This document shows, one piece after another, positions 1 through 46,893 of a DNA stretch of 64,000 nucleotides. Under the pieces are notes generated by a model. It did no database searches. It worked only from the letters and a program-made list of their open reading frames with translations, and was not told the DNA's origin. The stretch lies in NCBI GenBank assembly GCA_012295275.1, contig CM022668.1:7068001-7132000 (forward strand), given 5' to 3'. Position numbers and translations under genes: made by a program. This DNA is from Chrysomallon squamiferum. Lineage: Eukaryota > Animalia > Mollusca. The stretch's first letter is position 1, and each line of letters begins with the position of its first letter.

Positions 1-1770
1 GTTACATATGTTTGTGTCCATGTAAGTCTCTGTGTTTTTTGTGTTGTTTGTATTCATATATGTTTATGTATGTATGTGTGTGTTTTGTATTGTTTGTATT
101 TATGTTTATGTATGTATGTATGTGTGTCTGTATTTTGTATTGTCAGTGTTAATCTATATTTATGTATGTATGTAAATGTGTATGTATTTTGTATTGTTAG
201 AGTTTATATATGTTTGTATGTATGTATGAATGTATGTATGTTATGTATGCATTTTGTATTGTTAGCGTTTATATATGTATGTATATATGTATGAATGTGT
301 GTATGTATGTATGTATGTGTGTCTGCATGTGTGAGGTTTGCATGTGTGAGGTTTGCTTTGTTAGTGTTTATATGTGTTTATGTATGTATGTGTGTATCTG
401 TGTTTTTATTGTTAGTGTTTATATATGTTTATGTATGTATGTGTGTGCATTTTATATTTTTAGTATTTATATATGTTTATGTATGTGTGTGTGTCTGTGT
501 TTTTATTGTTAGTGTTTACATATATATGTATGTATGCATGTATGTGTCTCTGTGTTTTTATTGTTAGTGTTTATATGTTTTTTATATTATGTATGCATGT
601 ATGTGTCTGTGTTTTTTATTGTTAGTGTTTATATATGTTTATGTATGCATGTATGTGTGTCTGTGTTTTTTATTGTTAGTGTTTTTATATGTTTATGTAT
701 GCATGTATGTGTGTGTGTGTGTTTTTTTTTTTTATTGTTTATGTTTACATATATTATGTATGCATGTATGTGTGTCTGTGTTTTTATTGTTAGTGGTTAC
801 ATATGTTTATGTATGCATGTATGTGTCTCTGTGTTTTTATTGTTAGTGTTTATATATGTTTTGTTTGTATGTGTGTATGTATGTGTGTCTGTATATTATA
901 TTGTTAGTGTTTTATATATGTTTATGTATGTTTGTGTGCCTGTGTTTTGTATTGTTAGTGTTTATATGTTTATTTTTATGTATGTATGTGTCTGTGTTTT
1001 GTATTGTAAGTGTTAATCTATGTTTATGTATGTATGTTTTGTTTTTATTTTTTTTTATTATCAGTATACTGTTAATATCTTGATGCTGTTATTATTATTA
1101 TTATTGTTTTTATTATTATTATTATTATTAGTAGTAGTATGCATGTATGTGTGTCTGTGTTTTGTATTGTTAGTTTATATATGTTTATGTATGTATGTAT
1201 ATTTATGTGCCTATGTTTTGTATTGTTAATGTTTATATGTTTATGTATGTATGTATGTATGTTTTGTATTGTTAGCGTTTATATGTTTATGTATATATTT
1301 GTCTTTTGTATCGTTTGTCTTATGTTTATGTATGTATGTATGTATGTATTTTGTAGTTTCTTTTTATGTATGTTCATGTCTGTGTTTTGTATTGTTAATG
1401 CTTATATGTTTATGTATGTATGTATGTATGTATGTATTTTGTATTGTTATTGCGTTTATATGTTTATGTATATATTTTTCTCTTTTGTATCGTTTGTCTA
1501 TATGTTTATGTATGTATGTATGTATGTATTTTGTAGTTTCTTTTTATGTATGTTCATGTCTGTGTTTTGTATTGTTAATGCTTATATGTTTATGTATGTA
1601 TGTATGTATGTATGTTTTGTATTATTGTGTTTATACGTTTATCAATGTGTATCTGTGTTTTGTTTGTGTTGAAATGTGATTATTTCTGTATGTCTGTATG
1701 TATGTTCTGTGTTGTGTTGTCAGATGTTTTTGTCTCTGTGTGTATGTATATTTTTCTTTGTGTGTCTGTC
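1..1770. repeat. Compound TATG/TG minisatellite (about 45-55 bp degenerate unit) with a 180-bp near-perfect higher-order duplication
   Basis: Recurrent unit gtgtctgtgtttttattgttagtgtttatatatgtttatgtatg. Positions 1321-1380 are identical to 1501-1560. All C/V/Y/M-rich ORFs here are repeat translations. Confidence 0.95.
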
Positions 1771-2329
1771 TACAGTCTTGTATTAGTAAACATATAGGCA
1801 CACATAACAGATAACTCATCACACTGATAGATAATTTTACAAGATATTGATATCTACACCTGTAAGTAATTTTTATTTATTACAAAACATCCATTACAAA
1901 ACTGACCTGTAGAAAATCACATGACCTGACTTCAGCTGACCACCGAGGTACGTATAAGGTTCATTATTGGAATTTACTTCAAATTTGGTATCTAGGCAAC
2001 CAAACTTGGCAGACATTTTCAAAATAGTATTTTCCAATATTCATTACTTTGGTGGACCGTCAAAATTTGCGTCCAAATTGTTTTTGTTTTTATTTTGGTA
2101 TTTTGGGTTGATGCTTCAAAATGTTACTGTTACTGTAGGACTCAAATGCACCTGTATTTTCTTTATTTAAAATGAAAAAAAAATGATAGGGATAAAAAGA
2201 GTGAACAAAAATATAGATATATATTGTTTTCCAATTTCCTTTTCTAATTTTTTCCACTAAATAAATAAAAATATTAATAAATAAATAAATTAGTAAATAA
2301 ATAAATATTTTAGTAAACAAATAAATTAG

Positions 2330-2372
<43 letters not shown>

Positions 2373-2554
2373 ATTGAGTGAACTAAAAAATAAAGTAACA
2401 AAAGAAAATAAGTAATTAATTAATTAAAGAAATACTAATACTGCTGTAAAAAGTAGGAAAATAATTTATCTGTTTGTCACATAAGATTTATACATTTTAT
2501 TTCTCTACAGTTCTTTTGTTTTTATTACAATATTTTTTCCTGTATGAATTAAAA

Positions 2555-2589
<35 letters not shown>

Positions 2590-2981
2590 GCAAATAATAT
2601 AATATAATATAATGTAAATATGTGGTTTTAGTGTTTGATATTTCAAATTCATAAAAGTAAATTATTTTCTTTCAAACAAGATGGTGCAATTATCTGAGTC
2701 TTATAGTAAAGACAAAATTTCTATTTTTTATATTTACTTTTTATTGTTTCATTATTATTTATTTTTCATCATTCCTCACCATTCTTTTTAAAGGTTAATT
2801 TATTTATTTATTTATAAAGAAAATTGTACCTTAAATGCAGCAACACTGAGTCACCTGGTGAGTGATGACACCCCCACCTCAGTGTGGCTAATACAGATTA
2901 ACTCATACTTGAAAATGAGTTAACTGGGGGACTGTTCACCACAGGTACACAATCACTGAAATATGTATAAATATGTGTATA

Positions 2982-3019
<38 letters not shown>

Positions 3020-3210
3020 AGAGAGATTGTATGTGTATGTTTTGTATACATATACTATATAATTACATATATTTGGAAATATTAAATAAAAAAATAAAAA
3101 ATAAAATAAAAATAAGTAAATAAATAAATAAAATGAGAACAAATTTAAAACAGAAAAAAAACGAAAAAACAAACACCAACAATAAAACAAACACGTACAA
3201 AACAACAAAT

Positions 3211-3216
3211 TTTATT
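3211..3216 (-). terminator. Candidate SETD2 polyadenylation signal (AATAAA)
   Basis: AATAAA on the minus strand followed by a strongly GT/T-rich tract (ttgttttgtacgtgtttgttttattgttggtgtttg). Implies a 3'UTR of about 1.9 kb; other AATAAA hexamers exist nearby. Confidence 0.45.
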
Positions 3217-5127
3217 TTGTACAAAACATTTTTTTAAAACATTTTTACTTTCACATATATTCTTCAAATACTTATATACAAAACTTTTACACAGATTAAA
3301 ATACACATCAGATTTATTAAAACACATCAGTTCATTACTACACAAACCTGTCAACATCAAAAATTAAATATCACCCAAACATACATCGCTCTCGGTGTGC
3401 GTCTGTCATATTTTAATACAATTTCAATTTTAATTTTTCAATTCATTTTCACTGAATTTAAATTAAAAAATTATTTTAAACTGTGCCAGAGTTAAAATGA
3501 ATAAAATAAAATAAAATTTTCAGATTGTTTTAAAATTTTGCCAAGGTAAGTTTTTCTAAAAATAAAAAAGAATGATTAAAAACTAAAATGATATCTATAA
3601 CAAAAAGGGTAGATATTTAAAATTTAGGATTAGGTTTAGGATTAGGACTAAAACAATCCAAATTTTAACAGTAATACTGAAACATATACCTTTACAATGC
3701 TGTCAGATGATAACTTTAACTTACTTGTCAAAAGCAGAGAAAAATGGAAGAAAATAATCCCTTTTTATTTAGATTTTTAATTTACATTTTGATACGAAAC
3801 CTAAAAATATAGAAAGAAAATGATTAAAAATATATTTATGACTTTTTGATACTGTTTTTATAGAAATTGAAATAAAACTGTTTGTATACTGACTTTGTGT
3901 TCAAACATTTTTTGTTTAACGTATCTGAATTACTCCTTTGATAAAACAAAAATCATCAAGTGACATTTAAGTGACTAGTGACATGTGACAAGTGACACCA
4001 GTTTAATATCATGTTTTATTAAAATGGTAATCCATTCCAAAAATCCTATCTTATAAAATTAGATTTGGTTATTTTTTTAAAACACATTTGATTAATTAGG
4101 TTTTTAAAACAACAGATTTGGGTAAATCGTTTTTTAAAACAAAGAAGTTAGTTTATAAAAGCCATGACAAAATCATATCTTATAAAATTAAATGTGGTTA
4201 ATTTAGTTGTTTTAATACAACATATTTTACTAAATGTATTTTTTTAAAAAAACATTTAGTTTAATATTTTTAAAAACATTAAATTTAGTTTAATATTTTT
4301 AAAAACATTAAATCTAGTAAAATATTTTTTTAAATTTAGAATTTTGGTTAATTTATTTGTGGTTAAAACTGAATTTATTAGTTTATTAGTTTTTGTTCAA
4401 CAATAACTGCAACTTTTTCCAAATATTTTAAAAACTTTTTAATAAATTTTAATGATAAAAACTGTCCCACAACAATGTATAACAAACTTCTTATTACTAA
4501 TAATTTTAATTTATTTGTTATTTTAATTTTAATGTTAATATTTCATATAACTTTAGTTTATTATTATTATTTTTTTTTATAATTTTAACAGTTTGTTTAT
4601 CATACAATTTTAATATAATATTTTGTACAATTTTGACATATATATATATATATATATTTTAAAACAATTTTAATAAATATTTTAAACAATTAATTTAATT
4701 CATATTATTCAGTAAAAGTTTAAAGTGTTTTTATAATTGTAACAGACATTTTGGTGTCGATGATAACATCATCAATATAAATACAACATTTAAAAACCCA
4801 CAAAAACAAGTATGTCCCCCTCTGTGTAAAATAAATAGTACAAACATTCTGATACATAATACCATTTACTTCAGTCTTTGTACTCAGAACATCCACATTT
4901 AGAACTGAAAATAAATTACATCTTAATCACATCATATTAAAATTTCATTCTGATACAAAAAAATATTTTTTTTTAAATCTCTACCCATAACCCACCCACA
5001 TTTAAAAAAAAAAAAAAAAATAGAATTAAAAAAATAAAAATATTTGGCATTGGCTGTCTGTCATTATGACTGATTTTCAAGTGAACCTTTTCCTGATGAA
5101 ACGGAACCTAAGATAAACATGAAAAGG

Positions 5128-40222
<35,095 letters not shown>

Positions 40223-40841
40223 CTCGTTCTCCACTGTTTCCAGCCAATCGCCCGCACAGCCAGCGCGGTGAAGCAGGGCAACTATGCCGATCGGTGGAAA
40301 TCTAGCGATCGCGGTTCTTCCCTGGCACTTGCTTTCACTCTTTCTCGTCTGAGACCCCACCTGAAACTGCTGTAGCGTTATATGTATTCAGTATGAATCA
40401 CACACAGTCTTTTTCATAATTATACATAATATTTTAGCTCAAAACCTACATGCAAACCTGTCGTTCTACATTATAATTGACGATCTCATTCAACTTTTTC
40501 TTGAACTTGGTCGGCCATTCCGTATTCTCGAAATAAAACTTATTTCATTATAAAAAAAATTATAAATAAAAAATATAATTTTTGGTATTTCATAATAATA
40601 TTATATTGCTTGTTATTAGTTTCTAATAAAAAAATGATGCAATTTAAAAAACAATCAGAATAACAAAAACAAACTTAGTGGTTCAGTCTTAGTCTCGAAC
40701 CCAACGACATTTCCATGCTCTATTTTTAGATATTTGGTAACGAATCAGTGGCAAAAGTAATCCTACCCATCTGCGTATATTTTGTACGTAAAGTAATTTC
40801 AGAACTTTATTTTACGAGTGAAGAGACATTTATTAGCTTTA
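40223..40841. promoter_or_regulatory. Bidirectional promoter and 5'UTR region shared by SETD2 and eIF1
   Basis: Divergent start codons 620 bp apart; local CpG/GC enrichment (about 39950-40380); CCAAT at about 40244; YY1-like CAAGATGGCG at about 40924 in eIF1 intron 1. Confidence 0.75.
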
Positions 40842-40878
40842 ATGTCAAGCGATATTCAGAATATTACAGCTGGACTTG
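40842..40878 (+). CDS. EIF1: eIF1 exon 1 (MSSDIQNITAGL)
   Basis: tttaATGt; donor g|gtaagt, phase 1; IQN motif as in MSAIQNL. Confidence 0.88.
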
Positions 40879-43491
40879 GTAAGTATTTATGTTTGTAAAT
40901 TAAGACGTACTATTGATAGGAAACAAGATGGCGACTTACACAACAAAATGATAGTTGAGAGGTTGGATATTAAAACATCTGTTACTAACTTCATAATTTT
41001 AATAACTTTAAATCCAAACTTTTTATGAATTGGTAAATTGAAGATTTTCTAATTGTGAAATAGAAACAGGATCATCCGATCACCGATTCGGAGCATATAT
41101 AAAAAACATTTCCAATTTTACTCTCCTGATTCATATTTTATTATTTATTATTTATTTATTATGGAACTGATCTACCATGAATGTGAACTGTTTATTTGTT
41201 GTGTGTTTGTTAGTACCACATGAGGAAGATTTCATTATTAATCTGGAGTTTTGTTGATTTAATTGACTATTTGAGTATTTCTAATGAGAGTTACTTTGTT
41301 TAAAACTTTAATCCTTAATTTTACCAACACTTTGTACGTTTATCAGTTTTAACAGTGAGTAATGAGAAATATTTGTATACATTTTTAATATTTTAATATA
41401 CCAGTCTAATTTTGCACTTTGAATAGTAACATGTTTATTGTTGTTAAATACATATGGCTGTATTTCTTTCTCTGTTCATGTTAAAGGTACCCGCAATCAG
41501 GTCACAGATCCATTTGCTGATACAGAGGAAGGAGATGTTACAGGTGGATCCAGCATCCAAGATCCCGTCCACATCCGCATCCAGCAGCGTAATGGACGTA
41601 AGATGTTGACAACTGTACAGGGCATTAACCCCAAATACGACTTCAGAAAAATTGTCAGGCATGCAAAAAAGGTATGTCTGTTATACTGAAATGTTACTGT
41701 TACAACAGTCAGTATTAAATATTAATATTGTTACAGGAGGAAGATCCATTTCCTAAAATCTTAAACATATTTCAAGTACCCAAGATAGTAATAGTTTGTA
41801 GATTTGAGATTACTCTATTTCACACAAATAGTTGTTTAAAATATTGTGTAAAAGAACCTGAGGAGGCTGTTAGTATATGTTTTATAAGAAAAACATGTTT
41901 ATACCAGAATCCCATCCCAAGGTCGAATCTGTCTCTTTGTATTCCAGAATATTAATAATCTTAAGATCCACAAGGATTCCAGCATATTTCATTTAATAAC
42001 ATGTATTTTATTACTAACATTGCTTTTACTGTTTTCAATTAGTTTTTTTTTTTCTTTCTTTTAACTTCTGCAGTTTTTTTTAAGTTTTCTTTTTACCCAG
42101 TAACAGAAAAATAGATTATTTTATGTGGAAGTTTAAATATGTAACTCAATTGATTATAATTTGTAATTCTTCCTGTTGAAGTTGTTGCTATTAAGAGTTG
42201 TGACATTTATGAATAGCAACAGTAGCAATGAAAAGAATTATGAGGTAGTATCTGAATGTTTTGATACACTGGGATATTTGGTATTTTGTTTAGTTTTTTT
42301 TATACAAAAAGAAACTGAACCTTCATTAAAAAAAATATATATCAAGACCAAGACAGTTGAAGAAAATTAAAAAAAAAATTATAATTAAAAAGAAACAATT
42401 ACATAAAATGGTTTATAAAAATAAAGTTTTGTTTGAAATGATTGTTTTAATATTTGGTTTGTTTATTTTTTATATTAATAATCAATTTAAAAAAATTCTT
42501 CCATGAGGGTGTGGTGGCATTTTGTAGTAAATATGCAAAAGCCTAATCTTTAAAGATTCCGTGTCATAGCTATGTAAAAGGTTTGCAAATCATTGTAATT
42601 TCTTTTGTGCTGATGTTACAGACAGAAAATAGTTTTCTCTCACTATTGTTCATTAACAAAGACATTTTAATCCATAAAATAAAAATAACTAATAATAATT
42701 ATACACAGGTGTATTTTGTTTTATTTTTCCTTCATTTGTAGATACATTTGTTATATAATCCACGATTTAATTATCTGTTCTTCAGGAATTTGCCTGCAAC
42801 GGCACTGTGGTTGAACATCCGGAATACGGCGAAGTAATACAACTGCAGGGTGATCAGCGTCAGCTAATCAGCAACTTCCTCATCACGACTGGCATCGTTA
42901 ATAAAGATCAGGTCAAGGTGAGGGACATTTTCTTTTTTGTCAGATAGAGTATTTCTGGATTGTGAAAATTTCATGACAGAACTGTGTTTTTTTTTAAATA
43001 TGTATTTCCAGAGAGTGAATTTTTTAAATAATCCAATATCTTAAATGATTGCTTAGTCCACAAAATTTAACAATAAAATAAAATATGAAAAATATGAAAA
43101 AACAATTGAAAGAAGTGTACTTTTCACTGTTGAATGTCAGTTGATAAACAATGACACTGTGACAAGCCAGATGTGTGGGATATAGGACCTGTTACCACCA
43201 TTATTAAAGACAGGAATGTGTATGTGTGTTTAAAACAACCTTTGATGTACAGTCAGTGGATTTTAGAATTGCAGTTTCAAATATATCGAATGTAAAATCT
43301 GTTGTGATATTGTTAGAACTAAGGAGAAATGACAAAATAATCTGATCTTTTTAAATTTCACTGAATTTTATTACGTTATGTCTTTGTTGTTTTTTTTGAA
43401 TGTATTAAAATTTACAAAATACCTATATTGTTTTTAAATGCATCATATAAATATTCATTTATATTTTTATTTTTAGGTTCATGGTTTCTAA
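40842..43491 (+). CDS. EIF1: Eukaryotic translation initiation factor 1 (SUI1), whole spliced CDS, 4 exons, 122 aa (115 aa with the alternative acceptor)
   Basis: MSSDIQN...DPFAD...VHIRIQQRNGRKMLTTVQG...KKEFACNGTVVEHPEYGEVIQLQGDQR...KVHGF*. Confidence 0.97.
41487..41671 (+). CDS. EIF1: eIF1 exon 2
   Basis: Pyrimidine tract then aag|; DPFAD...HIRIQQRNGRK...HAKK|gtatgt; in-frame alternative acceptor at 41508. Confidence 0.93.
42786..42917 (+). CDS. EIF1: eIF1 exon 3
   Basis: EFACNGTVVEHPEYGEVIQLQGDQRQLISNFLITTGIVNKDQVK. Confidence 0.97.
43477..43491 (+). CDS. EIF1: eIF1 exon 4 (VHGF*)
   Basis: tttttag|gttcatggtttctaa; conserved VHGF C-terminus. Confidence 0.93.
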   Translation, partial: VHGF

Positions 43492-43944
43492 ATTTCAACT
43501 CTGGAAGGAAAAATGAAATTGAAAAAACGATACAAAGATTTATATTTTAGAGCCTAATTCTTTCTTCGCAAAGACTGAAAAAACAAAAATAAAAAATAAC
43601 TGAATCAATTGGACAGTATCTTGCAGGATCTTTTGTCTGAAAGGCTACAAGAAGTTTAATGTGTGGAGATTGAATGTTTGAGTATTGTTGCATTTTGTAT
43701 ATATTTTATTTCATAACTGTTACCTGAAGTTTTTCTTACCTATTAGAAAAACTCTACCAGCTTCAAAAATAAATTCACTAGGTTTCAAACAAACGTAAAT
43801 AGATCTTATTACTGCTTAAATGAAACTTGGTTTCCTTTATGCTATTTTTTTGCCCCCAAAAATGCACAATTTTATAATCTGTAGATTTGTCATGTTGCTA
43901 TCATGATATCTGACAATAATTTTTATGTATTTATTTAGTTTGGA

Positions 43945-43950
43945 AATAAA
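43945..43950 (+). terminator. Candidate eIF1 polyadenylation signal
   Basis: AATAAA followed about 15 nt later by a T/GT-rich tract (tttttgttttttatttttgtttg). Confidence 0.55.
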
Positions 43951-46861
43951 AGACTTTACTCAGATTTTTGTTTTTTATTTTTGTTTGCAAATTAAAAATA
44001 TTAAAAGTATCATTTTAACCTATTCTAGTGACAGTTGTATGATAAATGTTTCTTTTTCCTTTTGATTTCATCCAAGATAAGATTATATTTCCTGGATATT
44101 TTGACCATGTTATTATGAGGAAATGTATTGAATACATTTATTCTCAAGACATTTAATTTTTTTTGTGATTTCAAAACCCCCACCCAAAATTTACTAAAAA
44201 GAGGGGAGATAACTTTTTTCTACTACTAATTTACAAGTAACCTTACTAGTAATTTTAAGTTATGCCAGTTACAATTTTGACTTCCCTTGATCTCATGTAC
44301 TTCATTTTAACTGGATGAATATGATGATGCATCATTCTCTTTTGTTACAGTTAACTGTTTAACTGTTGAATGTGCACATATATTTAAGACGTTAAATGTT
44401 TGTATTGGTATTATAGTGGAGGTTTTTAAGTGAAATTTAAAGACAATATTTAGGTAATAGAACGTAGATTTACTCATCTAGATATTCACCTTTCAGAACA
44501 TGTATGTATGTTGTGTGAACTGAAATAGTGTTCAAATGTCCTGTTGAAAATTGCTACAAACTTGTTTGAATCCATTGTAAAATGAATACCATTGTGTGCG
44601 ATTATTTATTTTATTTTATTTGTTCCACTCAACCAGAGCTAACTGGAAATAAAATAAACTTGAATCTTTTTGTACCCGAATATGAGGTCTGCCTTCAAAA
44701 AAAATCTTTATTTTTGGGGATTTTTATTTAGTAATTGTGCAGCAGTGGGCCTTATTGCTCTCACAAAATCCACATACAACAAAAATTATTTTCTGTTTGG
44801 CATAATAAATAAATAATAAATAACTAAAAATATTGTTTTAAGTCCTGTGCATGGATTTTATAACCAGTGTATCACCTAATAATATCTTTTGCTCTACTTT
44901 TGATTTGGTGCCTTGAAACATAAAATTGTGTTTGAATAAACATTTGGCTGTATACTGACAGTCTAGGAGCTTGTATCATCATCACATCACTCTGCTGGAC
45001 ATACTGAACTGATTTCAACCTTCTTTGTTGCCACCACTGATAACTGATCCAGTAGCTGACAGCTTCACAGGCAGGGTGTTCTATTATCAACAAATATTTC
45101 TTGAGGAAAACTATTTATTCGGACAGCAGAAAGAAACATCAGTTCATTAAAATCAGTTACTTGATCTTTTTCAATGCTGACTGGTGAACAAGGAAGACAT
45201 TAATAATTATATTGTTTTAAGTAATGACTCATTTTATTTTTCAAAGTGATAAATATTAAAACAACACATTTAAAAACACTGAAGTTGTGGAATAAGAACA
45301 AGATGGTGGTAAGTGGAAGTCACATTAATATTTCTAAAATACCAAAGATCAAGAAGAAAATATCAACAACAAAATATTATGACAAAAGGTTTTATTAATT
45401 TTCTATAGTCCAGTCACAGAATAATTAAGCATATAACAAGGGGGAAGCTATTGGGAAAGAACAAAAAATTGTGGTTTTTGCAATTTCATATATATATTTT
45501 TTTATATGTAAAATTTTATATACTGAATGTCAATGTTTCTCAGTGGTGTTGTGTCTTTCCGAAAACATCTGTATAGAAAATATATTGAAAATTTGGACTA
45601 TCATACACTGAAAGCTTCTTTGTAACAAAAATACATCCTTTATCCAACAACATGGCCAGACCCTGCACACAGTGGGGTGAGTAACTTAAACGATTCAACA
45701 TAAATTTGTCCACAGCAGAAAAGAGCTACAGGAGAGGTTAAATTTTCTCCTGCAAACTAACTAGCTGTGAGCAACAAATATCTGGAATTATTATTTTGGC
45801 AGAAGCACAACTAACGAGCAGAAAATACATACATGCATGAACGAATGTTTTTAAATAAACTGTGAACTTTTGGTTTGATAATATGATAAAGAATTGCAGG
45901 AAAATCATTTTAAAATAAGAAACTTCTCTGCCACCGTGACCTCTTAATGGTTTCAATGAAGATGCAAAAATTAATTGGTTAGAAAATGATCAAATAATAC
46001 TCCACCATAAGTAATGAAATAAATTATTGGTTGCTAGACAATGTATTTTTGTTGTTGTTTTTTTTCTAAATTATCTTCAGTCCTTCAAGTCCTACAACAG
46101 TTGATTATCTTAAACAAATTGTGTAAAATTAAGTAGGTCAAAAATTCAACTCAAATCTTTTAAATTCTGTAAACATATTTTAAAACTAAAGTTTGATTTG
46201 CATATGCATAATTGATAGAAGCATGTAACAAAAATTTTGATTCAAATTCAATACGGTTTTGTTTTTCTTGATTTTTGGTTGTTTAAATCTATTGGGTAAT
46301 GGGGTTTTGTCTGTTTTTGTTTCATTTTTAAAAAAAACTGCTCAAGTTAAATTTTACTGTTAACACTGAAATTACACTGACCAGGGAGATGACAAAAATG
46401 GATGACATGGCAGATGTGATTTATTTTTATTCACCGTTTTGAAACAGTGAAAGATTAATTTTCAGAAAATATTTATTTTCATTAATCTAGGCAAGGACGA
46501 GCATATATTTAAACATTAAAATTAAAAAAATAAATAAAAAATTAAATAAAAATAGAGCAAATCCCATTAACATAAACATTTATTTCAGTCTGATTTCAAT
46601 CATTACATATAATTTTAGCAAATTGAAAATTAATAGTCATAATTTCAGCAATAGTGAAATAATCTGTTCAAAAACATTTTCCCTGACCCAGTTTATCTGC
46701 ATCATGATTGATGGAAGAAGAAGAAAAAATAAAAACGATAGTAAATTTTAAACAAATAAAAACAATAAAAATAATCTGATATGCAAAGCTTCACCCTTGA
46801 CAAAAATAAAAAAGGAAAAGAAATAATATATATGTAATAAAAAAGAAAATGGGAAGAAAAA

Positions 46862-46893
<32 letters not shown>

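Noticed and set aside
70-1797. Many overlapping C/V/Y/M-rich ORFs
   Set aside because: Translations of the TATG/TG minisatellite; open in all frames with no domain content.
40680-40780. tRNA gene suggested by GGGTTCGAGAC on the minus strand
   Set aside because: No A box or cloverleaf could be built; at most an isolated B box or SINE relic.
44872-45093. 73-aa minus-strand ORF or alternative LARP4 terminal exon
   Set aside because: No recognisable homology, weak splice signals, and LARP4 already has a complete last exon.
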